Shown: in pieces, positions 13,121-26,996 of the stretch
How positions within the stretch are numbered: position 1 is the stretch's first letter
Layout: each line of letters opens with the position of its first letter
From: the human T2T-CHM13v2.0 reference genome, Homo sapiens
Assembly: GCF_009914755.1 (NCBI RefSeq)
Contig: NC_060932.1
DNA: 64,000 nucleotides
Reading direction: 5' to 3' (one strand)
The notes under the pieces: model-generated
What the model was told of the DNA's origin: nothing
Seen by the model: the letters and a program-made list of their open reading frames with translations, nothing else
The model's database searches: none
Program-made: the position numbers and the translations under genes

Positions 13121-14067
13121 GTCTTTTGTTAATTAAAACATGTAGTCTTCTGCCACCCCCAGATGTTTTTCACATTTTAAATAGTGAAGTGTTCTGTAAA
13201 GAGGATGATATTTAGAACAACTTCAGCTTCTAGGTATAAAAACACCTCAAATATAAAGTATTTGCTATTTTTAGCTACAGTTTTATTTAAAGCTTAGGAA
13301 TGACTTTCGAATAATTAAATTCTAAAAACAAAGTATCAAAATAATTTTGAAAAACAGGGTAATTCTTGTGGGATGCTGCTTCACTTCCTACTGTAAATAA
13401 ATGTACAGATCCAATTATAGAGACTTATAAATATGCTACCTCATATTTTCAATGTTCACACTTTCAGGCAAATAAGGTCCTAGTTACTAACACAACCTTA
13501 ACACTTATGAACCTTGACAATACTTCTTTTGGAATACAATATATTCCACCCGCCTTGCTTTAAAAAATTAAGGAAAACCCAACAGAATTCAGCAAACTTT
13601 CTATTCATGTGGGCAAAGTTGAAATTAAAATAGAAACCTTGAGGAGGAAGCCTATAACACTGTCTGATTTAGCTCTAAAGAAGAATTCAGAGGAGTGCTG
13701 CGGTGAGTTAAATTATTAGCAGGGGCATATAAAGTTCAGAACCTTCTCTTGAAAACTGTTTCTCTTTTTCTCTTCTTTTGGATCTCCATCTCTTGGGACA
13801 GATCTGAAAGCCACTCACCACTCCAACCTAGGAGCCTAGCAATCCTCTCAGAAATTTAATGCATATTTTTTATTTGAGCATTATTTTCTCCAAACAAATA
13901 AATGACCCTATGTTATGACAAAGGGCTTCTAGGCCACTTTCAGCTAGGTGGGACAATTTAGAGTATTTTAGTTAAGGAAATATTAAAATCTTCAAAGATT
14001 TTTATGGTTTATAATGAAAATAATTTCAGAACTATTATATAAGATTTAGGATGAGTATCTAGGCAAA

Positions 14068-14398
14068 TATGGAAGTCCGAGATCAAGGTTTTGGCAGTGT
14101 TGGTTCCTTCTGAGGGGGGTGAGGGAAGGTTCCATCTCTGAGCTCTCTCCTTGGCTTACAGATGACTATCTTCATGTCTGCATACCGTTCCTCCTCCCTG
14201 CCTGTAAGCCTGTGTCCAAATTTTCTCTTTTTATAATACCAGTCATACTGCATTAGGACCCACTCTACTCTAGGAGCACTTCATCTTATCTGACTAATTA
14301 CATCTGCACTGACCCTATTTCCAAAGATTGCACTGCAAGGTACTGGGGGTTAGAACTTGGACTTAAACTTTTCAGGGGATACAATTCAACCCATAGTA
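14068..14398 (-). mobile_element. MLT1B/C-type LTR (partial)
   Basis: ggaagtccgagatcaagg...gaccctatttccaaa...gatacaattcaacccata. Confidence 0.85.
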
Positions 14399-15489
14399 GG
14401 ATTCATATTACTAAAATAATATTTCCCTCTACTTTCTCCAAAATTTTTTCCCACATAGAGTCCTACCTGCAGAGCACATCCTGATTGGACAGAACTATAA
14501 TAAACTGCAGGTCACTTTCCTTTAGGGTTGGAGACAAGTCATCTTGGACCAGATTGTTTTTTAAGGATAGAGTCACTTCTGTAGCTATTTCTAGTTATGT
14601 AAGTGTGAGATAAGCAGACGCTCAATAATTTGAGGATAAAATGCAACTGATCCTTCACTGATTAGTCTGACAAAAGTGACTCATTTTGATAACCTTCCTT
14701 GAACCTTGTTTTCAGGGACAAGACTGGTAAATGTGTGTCATGGAGTATCCTGTAAGAACAGTGACTGAGAACCCAGCTCCTCTGTTCTGTGGAGTCTGAT
14801 GGACTAAGAAAGCCAAATGAGGTTCATCAGCATTGAAGACACCAATAGTCCCCAAGGAGAACATTCAGTAAATGTAGGAGCTCTCTGAACAAGACATCTG
14901 GTTTAACAAAATAGAAAGTTACAGTGAGAAGGATTTGTTCAGGCATAATATGAATCTACCTCAGACCTGGCTGTCCTATGGCACAAGGGATGTCAATGCA
15001 TATGAGTGTAAACTCAATAAATAGAAGTATTGGGAGGCCAAGTGTGGAAAGACTGTTGGCATGCATTATGTTGGTGAAATTGTCCCTCCTAGAAAATCAC
15101 TAAGGGCTGCACAGGGAGGTAGACAAGCAAGACAATTATTACAGCAGTGGATAAAAACTTCTCAAATAGTGCAACAATGACAGAAGCAATTAAAGATAAA
15201 AATCAGTACACACTATTGACTTTTCACTCAGTGTCTGCAAGTAGGAGTGGTGCCTTCAGACGTAGTAAACCTCCTGCATTTTTAGGCAAATCGGGGAAAA
15301 ATGTCTATGGTTGCAGAGTGTGGTGACTATCTTGAAACATGATCCTGCTGCATATTGTATTAATTCAGGTAGATTAAGTGAATAGTGTTAATATTTTCAA
15401 ATCTGTGATTTTACTTATATGGCAAAGTGTAACATACATATGCAAATATACATAAAGAATAACATCTATTCACACTCTATTTCAAGAAT

Positions 15490-15880
15490 GTGAATAGATG
15501 TTATTATTTTTCCAAACACTACTTTCTCTGTTGGAGGATTATACTTCCCCACCACTTTGACATCAAGCTTGGCCATATAGTTTGCTTTGACCAATAAAAT
15601 ATGAGAAGACGTAACGTATGCCACTTTCGAGTTGAAGTTTCGAGAGTTATCTTCTGCTTCTGCTTTCCTCTCCCCACCCCCTTGTTTTCTGCCACAGGAC
15701 AAGCGATGCCTTAGATAGGAGGTGCTCTTTCAGCCTGGTCCCAAAATAAAGACAGCACAAGGCCACGCCAGGGCCAACCTTGGTGGTCAAAATGTGAGAA
15801 GGGAATACAACATGGTTGTATAAATCCAATATCATTTGAGAGGACTGCTTGTTACAGCTTAATCTGCCATGATCAAAATA
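15490..15880 (+). mobile_element. Old MLT1 (H/I/J-type) LTR
   Basis: cttggccatatagtttgctttgaccaat ... tcagcctggtccca ... cttgttacagc. Confidence 0.75.
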
Positions 15881-15973
15881 GAAAGCCTTACCAATTATAT
15901 ATATTTTTTCATTTTATAAAGAGGACCTAGAGTTAGTACTAATATTTTGGAAGGTAGTCAAAACTTCAGTATA

Positions 15974-16272
15974 GGGTTTGGTGGCTCATGCCTGTAATCC
16001 CAGCATTTTGGGAAGCCAAGATAGGAGGATTATTTGAACTCAGGAGTTTGAGACTAGGCTAGGCAATATAGTGAAACTTGTCTCTACAAAAATAAAAAGT
16101 TAGCTGGGTATGGTGGCATGCGGCTATAGTCCCACCTATTTGGGAGGCTGAGGTGGAAGGACAGCTTGAGGCTTGGAGGTGGGGGCTGCAGTAGGCCGAG
16201 ATCCATTGTTACACTCCAGCCTGGGCAAAAAAGCAAGACTCCGTCTCAAAAAAGAAAAAAGAAAGAAAAAAA
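15974..16272 (+). mobile_element. AluJ
   Basis: Diverged dimer with J-type ggaggatt..ttga; TSD aaaacttcagtata/aaaactttagtaca. Confidence 0.93.
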
Positions 16273-16294
16273 AACTTTAGTACACAATATTCTG

Positions 16295-16560
16295 AGTATT
16301 AGATATTTGGGTTGCAAATGGTAGAAACCCAAAGCAAAGTAGCTTAAGATAACTTTTAAGGAAACTATTGATTTATAAAACTGAAAAGTCCAAAATAAGT
16401 TGTATTCTGGAGGTCCACTGATGTCTTCAGGACTTTGTAGCTTTCACTGTACTGCCTGGCTCTGATTTTTTCTTCATTGTCCCCTTCTTCACCCATTCTT
16501 CCCTCATATCAGCAAGATGGCTCTCACATCCTATCTTTTCTGCAAAAAAAAATTCTCTTT
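16295..16560 (-). mobile_element. Old MLT1 (K/L-type) LTR fragment
   Basis: ggttgcaaatggtagaaaccc...agcttaag...aactgaaaagtcca...agcaagatggct. Confidence 0.55.
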
Positions 16561-17274
16561 AGCTCTGACAAGTAAGACGTTCAAAACACCTATCGAGTAT
16601 TGAATTTTAATTTGTTTATTTTAACTTTTTTTTCCCTTCCAAGGCCACAGGGAATTCGCTGGTTCCAGAATGATTAATGTGTGGCTTGGGGGTGGGGAAG
16701 GGCTCCACTACGCAAGTAAATATGAATTAAAATCCCAACCTGAGAGTGGCACAAGCCAGGGTTTCTGATTTCTTGCAGGAGACTCATTCTCTCCCCATTT
16801 ATTTTGCAGATAGGACTCTAAACAGTACATAGATGACTCAATATCAGCTCCCCACGTGCACAGAGCCTGCATCCTGGAGATCACCTCCTGGATGGATATC
16901 AGAACCTCAGGCCCTATGCACGAAGGCTTAGATCAAGTTCATATATTCCCATGAGCTCTTCAGCCTTAGTTCTTGATGACTGCTCTCCGAGTTCATCCAT
17001 CATAGCTGGCTCCAGGGGATTTTTCTGTTTTTTAAATGGTTATACATCAAAAATTACTATGTTCTATGTAGTAATATTTGCTTGGCTCAGAAGAGATGCT
17101 TTCACATTAGCTCAATGTACCAAGTTTTTAGTGACCTCTGTAATTTGTTTGCAATGCTCATTAATCTTTGGTCCATGCAAGATCAGGTACTGTAACTATT
17201 GTGTTCACTCCAGAACTTAATACAAAGTTGAGGAAATAGTAGGAACTTAATACATATTTCTCAAGTGGTGAGAG

Positions 17275-17542
17275 ACAGTAGAACACAGCAGTTAAAAATT
17301 TTGGCTGAAACCAGGTTGCCTGAGTTCAAACCCTGATCTGTCACTTCCTAGCTGTGTGAACTTGGGCATGACTCTTAACCTCTGTGCACTTCAGCTGCTC
17401 GTGGGTAAATAGAATAATAATGGCATACAGGCCTCATAAGGTTGTTGTAGGTATTCAATGAGGTAATGTTTATAAAGCCTGTAAAGACCAGTGCCTGTAA
17501 TGTGTGTAATCAGCGCTATCAGAGTGTTAGTACATATTATTT
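17275..17542 (+). mobile_element. MIR, near full length
   Basis: cctgagttcaaaccctg...cacttcctagctgtgtgaacttgggca...cctcataaggttgttgt. Confidence 0.9.
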
Positions 17543-19229
17543 GTCGTTTCATAATTAATAATACATTTTATTTGGAAATAGGTAAGCCTTTTAGTAGGAC
17601 ACATAGTATAAACAGTTATCTCCTTTGCCTATGTATACGGCTGGCCCTGGGATTAAATCTTGTTGAAGAACACTGTTGAATGAAATAGCTCAGAACAGAG
17701 ACCTGGTGTTTGAAAATCAAGTAGGATAAATTGCAGTGGGCATAGCAAATTATTGTAGGGCTCAGGGCTGTGTTTTTCCATCCCAGCAATCAAGTGTCCC
17801 GCGAAGGGGGTTGCGGTGGGGAGAGGATGAGAGGGGAAGAAGAAACAGGAGCTAATAAAAGGCAAAAAGGATGTCCTAGTGTCTTGGAATCAACCCAGAA
17901 AATATTTTTTTTTAATTATATTTCCCACCAGGCATAGAATTCACTTTGCAGCAATAGTCTATTTGTATCAGGATCAAAAATTTCAAAATCTCTTAGTGAA
18001 CATGTTGGTATAATAATCTTTCTAGTTTAAATAAAATAGACATATAAATAGAAACCTTGATTTGGAAAAGGTGCTTCAGTCATAAGGACTGCCAAATCTT
18101 TGTTTGATAAATTCAGTAATTACCTACTTACAGCTTTAAAATATTCACTCTCTTATAATATGTAACTTGCAGTGTGGAGAGTTCTACTGCAGAGTCCTGA
18201 TGATTTAGATGTACCAATGTTTGAATCCTGTCTCAAAATAGAAAGAGAAAACCAGGCATGGTACAATTTATGTGTCAATGGTAGTGATGCTATTCCTACA
18301 TCTAACACCAACTGTGTAAAATATTGACGTCGCATACAGATGTTTCACCTTGTGGTCTCAAAACTCTTTCTAGCTGATAAGTTTAGCAAAATAAATATGT
18401 TATCTTCCCTAGATTATGACAGGGCACCCAAAACTAAACTACCCTCTCTGGTGATTAAAGGGTTTGAGAAAATAGCATGCTGGTCTTTCTTTTTCAGCAG
18501 ACAAGGGCAATCATATTAAAAAAATTAAAAATTCCACAAAATTTATTTAGTTTGTATATTTTTTACTTTCAGAAAACAAATGGCAGAAAGGAGGTGCCCC
18601 ACCTAACATTACTGAGGTGTTAAGTTTTTTAAAAAAGCATGTGAGGGGGGTAAAATCAGTGAATAAGAAAATTAATATACACATTCTAATCTTTAATAGA
18701 TTCAGACTTAGCTTCATTTAGGCAAATATTAACATAATAATTACTTGTGCTTGCTGAATATGATTCTGTAGATTATCTACTTCTCTGCAAGTCATTAATG
18801 GAGAAAAACTATCCACCTAATGATTATCTGGAATATATTTAATTACTCACCCAGTTTAAACATGTTAACACATCTGTAAATGTTATCTGAAAAGATGATA
18901 TAATGGATGGTGCAGAGTCAGAATAGCTTGTCCCCAATGAATTATTACTATTAACTATACAGAAATTTACTAGGATATTGATGAATCAAGCCCTAAGTTA
19001 TGAATATTTTTAAATAAATATTATTAAGCAAATATTTTGAAAAATACTCAAAGATTATGTTTTATTGTTAGAATTGCACAATTTGAGAAACTAAAATTCC
19101 GAGAAATAAATTTAAACATCTTGGCCTACAAATTATATTTAAACGTGACTGGATGGTGTGATAAAGCTGTTGTACTTTACTAAAAGCAGAATGGATTGAT
19201 GAACAACTTTAGGTGATATTTTATAAACA

Positions 19230-20242
19230 CATTTATGTACATGTCTATTTCTAGGCCATTCTACTCTATTCCACTGGCCTAAGATCTATTTGTGCCAAGC
19301 CCACACTGCCTTACTTAAAGAAGTTTTATAATAAGTCTTGAATCTTGAATGTAATCCCGCCCAGGTGTTATTTTTCAAACTTTCTTTGGTTATTCTTGTC
19401 CATTGAATGCACAAATAAATTTTATAATCATTTTGTCAATATTGCTATTGGTATTTTAATTTGGATTACATTTATTTTATAGAACAATTTTGGAAGAGTA
19501 AACATCTTTGTGACATCTACAATATTCTAATCCATGGAAATGGTTATTGCCCACTGTTTTTGGACTTTAAACAAATCAGTAACATTTTAGAGTTTCCAAA
19601 TGTATAGATACTTTCATTGGACTTACTTGTAGATATTTGATAGTTTTGAAACCATTATCAGTTACAAATTATAACTTTTTATGTCATTTTTATTTGTTAT
19701 TTATATGTAGTTTTTAAAAATCTTATGTTGGCTTCTATCTTGCAACCTTAATTCACTGATGTATTCAAATGTTTTACATGTAGATTCATTCTACATCCAA
19801 TCATATCACCAGTAAATAGAGTTTTATATCTTACTGTTTAAGCCTTATAACTTTTGCTTTTTTTTCTTACTTTATAACAATAAGTAGGATCTCTATACCA
19901 TGTTGAATAGAAGTAGAACTAGACGTCTTTACTCATTTCCAAATTCAGGATGAATTTTAAATTCACACGAATTGTGAATTCAGAATTTGTTCATTACAGA
20001 AATTTGTTTGGTTGTTTACTTTGGCTTTACAGATTCTCTATTACTTTAAGCAGGTTTATTTTCATGTCTAGTTTGCCAAAATTATCACAAAATGTCTTGA
20101 CATCTACTGATATAACTCTGATATTGTTCTCTGCTTTGTATTAATGTAGAAAAGTACACTGACTTTCATTATATATTAATCTTTTTATATATTGCTAGAA
20201 TTAATCTTGCTTTTATGAGAGTGATCAGCCCTATAATTTTCC
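19230..20242 (-). mobile_element. Ancient L1M ORF2 fragment
   Basis: Antisense ORF2: gttttataataagtcttgaat, accatgttgaatagaagt. Confidence 0.8.
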
Positions 20243-20244
20243 AA

Positions 20245-20762
20245 AGTGCAAAAAAAAGAATCAAAAGCCAAAAGATAGTTCATTAAAAAGTCTAAAAAAA
20301 TTGAAAGATCTTTAGCAAGACTGATCACAAAGAAAGAGAGAAGATACAAGTTACCAGTATCAGATTTGACAGAGAAAGTTGCTACACAAATAGATCCTAA
20401 AGAAATTAAAACTTTAATTAAACAACTTTAAGACAGTAATTTTAAAAAACTGTTGAAAGACACAAATTCCTGTAAAAACACAAGTTATCAAAACTAAAAC
20501 AAGACTAAAAAAGATCTGAGTAATCCTATATCTAGCAAAGACATTGTAATTAAAAACTTCCCCACACAAAAATCTCCAAGCCCACATTTAAAGAAAAAGT
20601 GTTAAAAAAAGACTATAATGTCAATCTTTAAAAATGCTTCTAGAGACTAGACAAAAAAGAAAGTTTGTTTCCTCACTTATTTCAGGATTCCATCATAGTT
20701 TCGAAACCAAAATCTGAGAGAAGCACTAGAAAAGAAATACATAGAAATTACAAGATTAGCTC
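20245..20762 (+). mobile_element. Ancient L1M ORF2 fragment, inverted relative to 19230-20242
   Basis: ttagcaagactgatcacaaagaaagagagaaga ... attaaaaacttcccacacaaaaatctccaagccca. Confidence 0.8.
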
Positions 20763-21060
20763 TGTAAATTGCTTATTTCCCCACTTTTTAAATACAAGAG
20801 TAGTTTTAGAGAAAGGGGAAAAGGTTTGAAATGACTGCCACTGAGGAGGAAAGCAAATGTTTCTGGAAAATATTTGATAATTTTCCAAAGTATTAGAGTT
20901 TCAGCACAGGGTAGAAATTTAAACCTGTAGTAAAATCAGTTTGCATCTGGTGGGATTTTGTTCTATTTTCCTCATAGCATTTGGCAACCTAGGTGAAAAT
21001 GTGAAGTCATACTTTTGGATTGATCCAGGGTTGAGATATTGTCATGTAAGTACGAAAAGT

Positions 21061-21230
21061 AGGAGGACAAGGAGGAGGAGGAAAAGGAGAAGGGGAGGGG
21101 GAGGAGGAAGAGAAAAAACAAAGAGGAAAGGGAAGAAATGGGGAAGAAAGAAGAAAAAATGGAATGGAAGGGGAGGGGAGAGAAGAGAAGGGAAGGGCCA
21201 GAAGATCCAGGAGACAAAGGAAAAATGAAA
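21061..21230. repeat. GA-rich low-complexity polypurine tract
   Basis: Direct reading. Confidence 0.9.
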
Positions 21231-21765
21231 AGTATATACACCAGACACTGGAGGTATTATGAGAAAACAACAACAAATACAAAAACAAACAAACAAAAAC
21301 AGAGCAATGAAATGACTAGTGATGGAATGAGAGATTGCCATCCTCCATAGAATGTGATGTTTAAAAGATCAGAAATGGAGCAATTAATTTCAGTTGATCC
21401 GTGGCTCTGTGTATGGGTAGCTCAAGTTAGATGAAGTTATTAGAACTGAGGAAGTCATGGAAGTTAAAGGCTAGTATGTGGGCTAGGTCATCCATATAGC
21501 TGTTGTTTACCTGATGGTGGATTGGAGCAAGGGGAACCAACCTGTCCATCAACCCATTCTCTGTGGGAGCAGTGGAAATATAAGCATAGGGTTCCATGTA
21601 GAAAATGACTAGACAAATTCTGTGCAATTCTAGACAGTTGAATTAAAACAAAAACAATGGTGGTTTGGGAAAAATAATATTCTTGGACTCACCTAGACCT
21701 ATTATGACAGAATTCCAGGGGAAGAATGTAGGAAGATATATTCTTAGTGAATGCCTCAGGTTACT

Positions 21766-22061
21766 TTTCATTCATTCATTCATTCATTCCTTCATTCCTT
21801 CGTCCATTCATTCATTCATTTATTTGAGATGGCTCACTGCAACCTCCACCTCCTGGGTTCAAGCGATTCTCCTGACTCAGCCTCTGAGTAGTTGGGATTA
21901 CAGGTGCCCACTACCATGCTCAGCTAATTTTTGTATTTTTAGTAGTAGAGATGGGGTTTCACCATGTTGGCCAGGATGGTCTGGATCTCTGGACCTCGTG
22001 ATCCACCCACCTCGGGCTCCCAAAATGTTGGGATTACAGGCGTGAGCCACCGCACCCAGTC
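21766..22061 (-). mobile_element. AluSc-like with ~45-bp right-arm deletion and (TTCA)n tail
   Basis: ggatggtctggatctctggacctcgtgatcc; TSD aatgcctcaggtta at 21750-21763 and 22062-22075. Confidence 0.95.
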
Positions 22062-22600
22062 AATGCCTCAGGTTATTCTTATGCTTAGGCATGAGCAGAA
22101 ATGTGGGGAGAAAATGTGTAATACAGGTGGAATTTTTGTTTTGTTTGCTCTGATAGGAATAAAAGATTTCTAACTAAGGGACTGGGCTGATCCAAGCAGA
22201 TGTGACTTCCCTGTTGCTGACTTTAGGGCATTAACTCTTCAGACACTTGGAGCACTTGTGCTGTGTCCCAGGCTCTGCGCTTAGGTTTTTATCCTTGTTC
22301 TGAGAGGGCCAACACCCTCATGGAGCAGACAAGTAATAGAAGAATAAAAAAAGTGTGCTAAGATCATGATATTTGTTTTAAAAAAATCTTATAAGAGCAC
22401 AGAAGAAAGATCAACCAACTCTGTCTTGGGAGCCAAGAGGAAGTTTCTCCTAAGAAAGACATTTAATCTGAGTTTTGTAAAATTCAGTAGGAATCTGCTA
22501 GGCAAGGATGAGAGGGAGAGGATTGCAGGTAGAAAGAATCGGTGTACAGATGCAATGAGAGTAGGAATAATTGTTCAGTCTCTTTGCTCAGGTTGTATTC

Positions 22601-22626
22601 TGTTATGAGTTGAATGGTGCCCTTAC

Positions 22627-22672
<46 letters not shown>

Positions 22673-23066
22673 AATATTTGTTATTTATGTTAGAGTTACT
22701 ACCACTTGCACTTCAAAATGTGACCTTATTTGGAGATAATGTCTTTACAGAGGCAATCAGGTTAAAATAAGCTCATTAGCATGGACCCTCATCTATAATA
22801 ATATGACTGGTGTCCTTATAAAAAGGGGAAATTTAGACACAAAGACAGACATGCACTATGTGAAGATACAGGGAGAAGATGGTCATTTTCAGGCCCAAGA
22901 GAGAAGCTTGTAACAGATTTTTCCTCACAGACCTTGGAAGGTACCAATGTTTCCAATATCTTGATCTCAGACTCCCAGCCTCCAGAACTGTGAGAAAATA
23001 ATTTCCTATGGTTTAAGCTGCCCAGTTGGTGACACTTTGTTATGGCAGCCCTAGCAAGCTAATACA
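22601..23066 (+). mobile_element. MLT1B solo LTR with internal A/(TA)n microsatellite
   Basis: tgttatgagttgaat ... ggcagccctagcaagctaataca. Confidence 0.92.
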
Positions 23067-24114
23067 CAATTCTGTTAAAAAGTAAAATAAAATGATACAT
23101 GCCATGGAGTGGATAGGGGGCTTCTACTTACTTAGTCTGTCAACCACAATTTCCAGAATATTGTGTGGTCTGTAAATTAGCACTATATTGTTACATTTCC
23201 TTAGCAATACTGAAAGATCCTATGAGTTACTTTAATTTGGAATAAATACAATAAAAATAATTTCATGCTAACTATTAGACCCACATTATAACTTACAGAA
23301 ACTAGTAGTATATAAACATTTACCAAAATATGTGTGCACAACAGACCACAATTGTATATTCATCTGCATTGAATGTGCAATGCTATAATTAACATTTCCT
23401 GATAGGCCACTCTTGATGTTCATGGCCAATTGGTCCTCTAAACGCTCTTTAAAAAAAATTCCGATTCTCAGAAACAAAAGAATGACTTTAAATAAACTTA
23501 TTCTTGATCAGCTGTAGTGAAAGCCCACACTGTCTCATATAAATCCTTATTTAACAATAATAAAACATTTCCATTATCTACAAATGCTTAAGTATCAAGA
23601 TCTAAACTACAGACATAATTAACTTGATTTCTGTGCATTTATCTGTTTGTTCTTGGATGCTTCAGCTCAGTCCTGCTATTCCTGAACTTAAGAAGATTCA
23701 CCACTGTGCATCTTTCCAATATGTGCTCTGCAAAAGTGCTTGCCTCAGCTGCCTTCTAATGTGCAGGCAGCTTCTGACTGCTGGTGCTGCAGTGGGTGGG
23801 CTTTATAGCCACTCTTGGCATCTGGCAGGAATTCAGCAGAGTGTGCTGTGATGATTCAAAAATTCCGTTTAATTTTAAACAAGTGAACAAACAAGAGCAA
23901 CAACAAAGACACAAAAATCCCTCAGTGTTTTCTTCCTATGTTACACTATAAACTATGCTCTCTTCACCCCACCCTAATAAGCAATAACATCTTAGTGTTA
24001 TTTACTGTTTCATAATCACTTAAGCATAGACTTCAAAATATCTAAGAGTGTGCTATACTCAGGTGATATGAGGCAACAAAGAAAAGTTGCAGTTAGACCC
24101 TAACCAATATTGTT

Positions 24115-24380
24115 TAATCCCAGCACTTTGGGAAGCCGAGGCAGGCAGATCGCTTGAGGTCAGGAGTTCGAGACCAGCCTGGCCAACATGGTAAAACCCT
24201 CATCTGTACTAAAAATACAAAAATTAGCTGGTTGTGGTGGTACATGCCTGTAGTCCCATCTACTCAGGAAGCTGAGGCAGGAGAATTGCTTGAACCCGGT
24301 AGGCGGAGATTGCAGTGGGCAGAGATTGCACCACTACACACTCAGGCTTGGGTGAGACTTCGCCTCAAAAAATAATAATA
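24115..24380 (+). mobile_element. AluS, 5'-truncated
   Basis: Begins at taatcccagcactttgg; (AAT)n tail. Confidence 0.93.
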
Positions 24381-25874
24381 ATATGGTTGCTCTAGGCTAA
24401 GATCTTTGGACTGTATTATTTCATAATATATGTAATGGGCTTGGGTTGAAGAATTTTAAGCAAAGAATAACTTGACCAGATTTATAATTTTTGTATTTGT
24501 AAAGATCACCCCAATGAGAGGGTAATCTGTGGATATGCATGCCTTTAGGAGACTTTTGCTGTACTCCAGTAGGACCAATGAAGGACTGTACTTAAACAAT
24601 GGCTATAGGAAAGAAGAGAAGTGAATGGACCAAGAAATATTAAGGAGGTAGAAGTAATGGGATTCATTCATTGATTGCAATGAGAAAAGGATATATACTG
24701 TGGTACTCTATTACATCAGTATAAAGTCAGAGATCAAGATTGAAATACTGGTTTCTCTATCTACTACCTGTGTGACTCATCTGAAACTAGTAACACCTAC
24801 TGCATAAGGCAGTTATAAAGACAAAATAATATAACACATGCAAAGCACATAGTACTGTGGGAAGTACAGAATTATAAGTCCATGTATTTAGAAATAGAAT
24901 GGATAAAATCTCAAGGATAACTCTGAAATTTCTCACTGGGCATTCTATCAGGGGTATCATAGAGAAGATTAACACACTGAGCTTGATGAGAATTCACGAT
25001 TCAATGGTTAGAAGCAAATATAATTTCTATGATAGATTTTTAAAAATTACAAAGCAGTTTTTTTTAATTGCTTTTAGTATCAATTAACTGCAGCAGACTC
25101 TCTAGTTGCTGATCTCACTCTGGGTGACCTGTCTTGCTTCCTTTGATGAATCGATCCTTGGGGAACTCTAGGGGAAGGCATTTGTTTCTGCAGCCTGATA
25201 GGCAATTCCTTGTTTCAATAGTGGCTAATCACTGTAGGCTCCATTTCCATCCTTAGGTCATGCCCTTGTCAGAGCATCCCGGCTGCTCCACAGCAGGCAG
25301 CACTTGGCTTTCCATTACATGTGTCCTGCAAACCTCTAGTAACCATGGTAATAATCATCAGAAGACACAGCCCCAAACCCATCCTGACCTATTGACCATC
25401 CATGGTGGAAACCACAATTCCTTCCTGTTTGAATGTTTTAAATTAGACAGCCATGAGATTTTCTTTCAGTCAAGGGACAATACCATGTGCCAATGACAAC
25501 AGCGGCCTGATATCAATCAAAACAAGATATCAATGATAAGATGCTGTTCTAACACAATTCAGGTCAAAATGCAATCAGTCTTTTATCTGCAAAGGACAGC
25601 CAACATTTTTCAATGCCTGTGGTATTCTGGGATTTGGGATGTCTGCTTACTCTTTTTTAAAAAAATAATTGCATGAAGGAAATATTTCTAGTGTTTCTCT
25701 AAGAGGAATGTAAGAAATATTAAAAACTGAGGAGTGGCATTATAATTAAAATTAAAATTAATGGATTTTATAATTCTTCTCCCTAAGTTTAAAAAGAAGA
25801 AAACTGAGGCACCAAAAAAGGGGGAGGAGTACTTACCCAGGACAGCACATCTTTAAGGGATCACAATACTGAGA

Positions 25875-26215
25875 CTTATAGAATGGTGGTTACCATGGAT
25901 TTGGGTTGGTAGGGCAGGGGCAGTGGTGAGTGTTGTGTTGGGAAGATGTTGGTCAAAGGATTCAAAATTTCACTTAGAGAAATAAGTTGAAGAGATCTAT
26001 TGTACAACATGATGACTATAGTTAATAACAATGTATTATATATTGAAAAATGCCAAGAGAATAGATTTTGAGTGTTCTTGTCACAAAAAATGACAGGTAT
26101 GTGGAGCAATACATATATTAATTAGCTCGATTTAGTGATTCCACAATATATGCGTATTTTAAAACATCATGTTTTACTTCATAAATATATACAATTTTGT
26201 TAATTAAAATAATTG
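25875..26215 (+). mobile_element. L1MA (8-10 type) 3' end
   Basis: gagatctattgtacaacatgatgactatagttaataacaatgtatt. Confidence 0.88.
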
Positions 26216-26651
26216 AAAATAATTATATCATTCATTATTTAGTTATACTGCATTTGTTGATTCATTCATGCATCACACTTAAAACGGCACTCTGTATGTG
26301 GGTGTCTACACTTCTTTAAAGGGGATGCCTGTGTTTACATGTGACACTGTATGAGATGGTGCATGGGCCATGGGATAAATATAGCTCATCTCCATAGACT
26401 GTCAATTTTATTAAAATATATCTATGGGGAAATAAAACAACTAACCCGAATATAATATGGATTGCAATGCAAAATTCACATGAAAGAGAAAAAAAAGACA
26501 ATTTGAAACAACTGTCTGTTTTTGGCAGCCCTGGTTAGTCTTTTATACCAAGACCTCCAAGATTATTTATCTCCCTTTGATTGTCATTAGCAACACAAAT
26601 TTGAGAAGAAAAATTGGAGAAACTCTATGCCAAGAATAAAACCAGCATATA

Positions 26652-26996
<345 letters not shown>

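Noticed and set aside
20941-21350. Arg/Lys/Gly-rich and Phe/Ser/Pro-rich ORFs
   Set aside because: They arise from the polypurine low-complexity tract.
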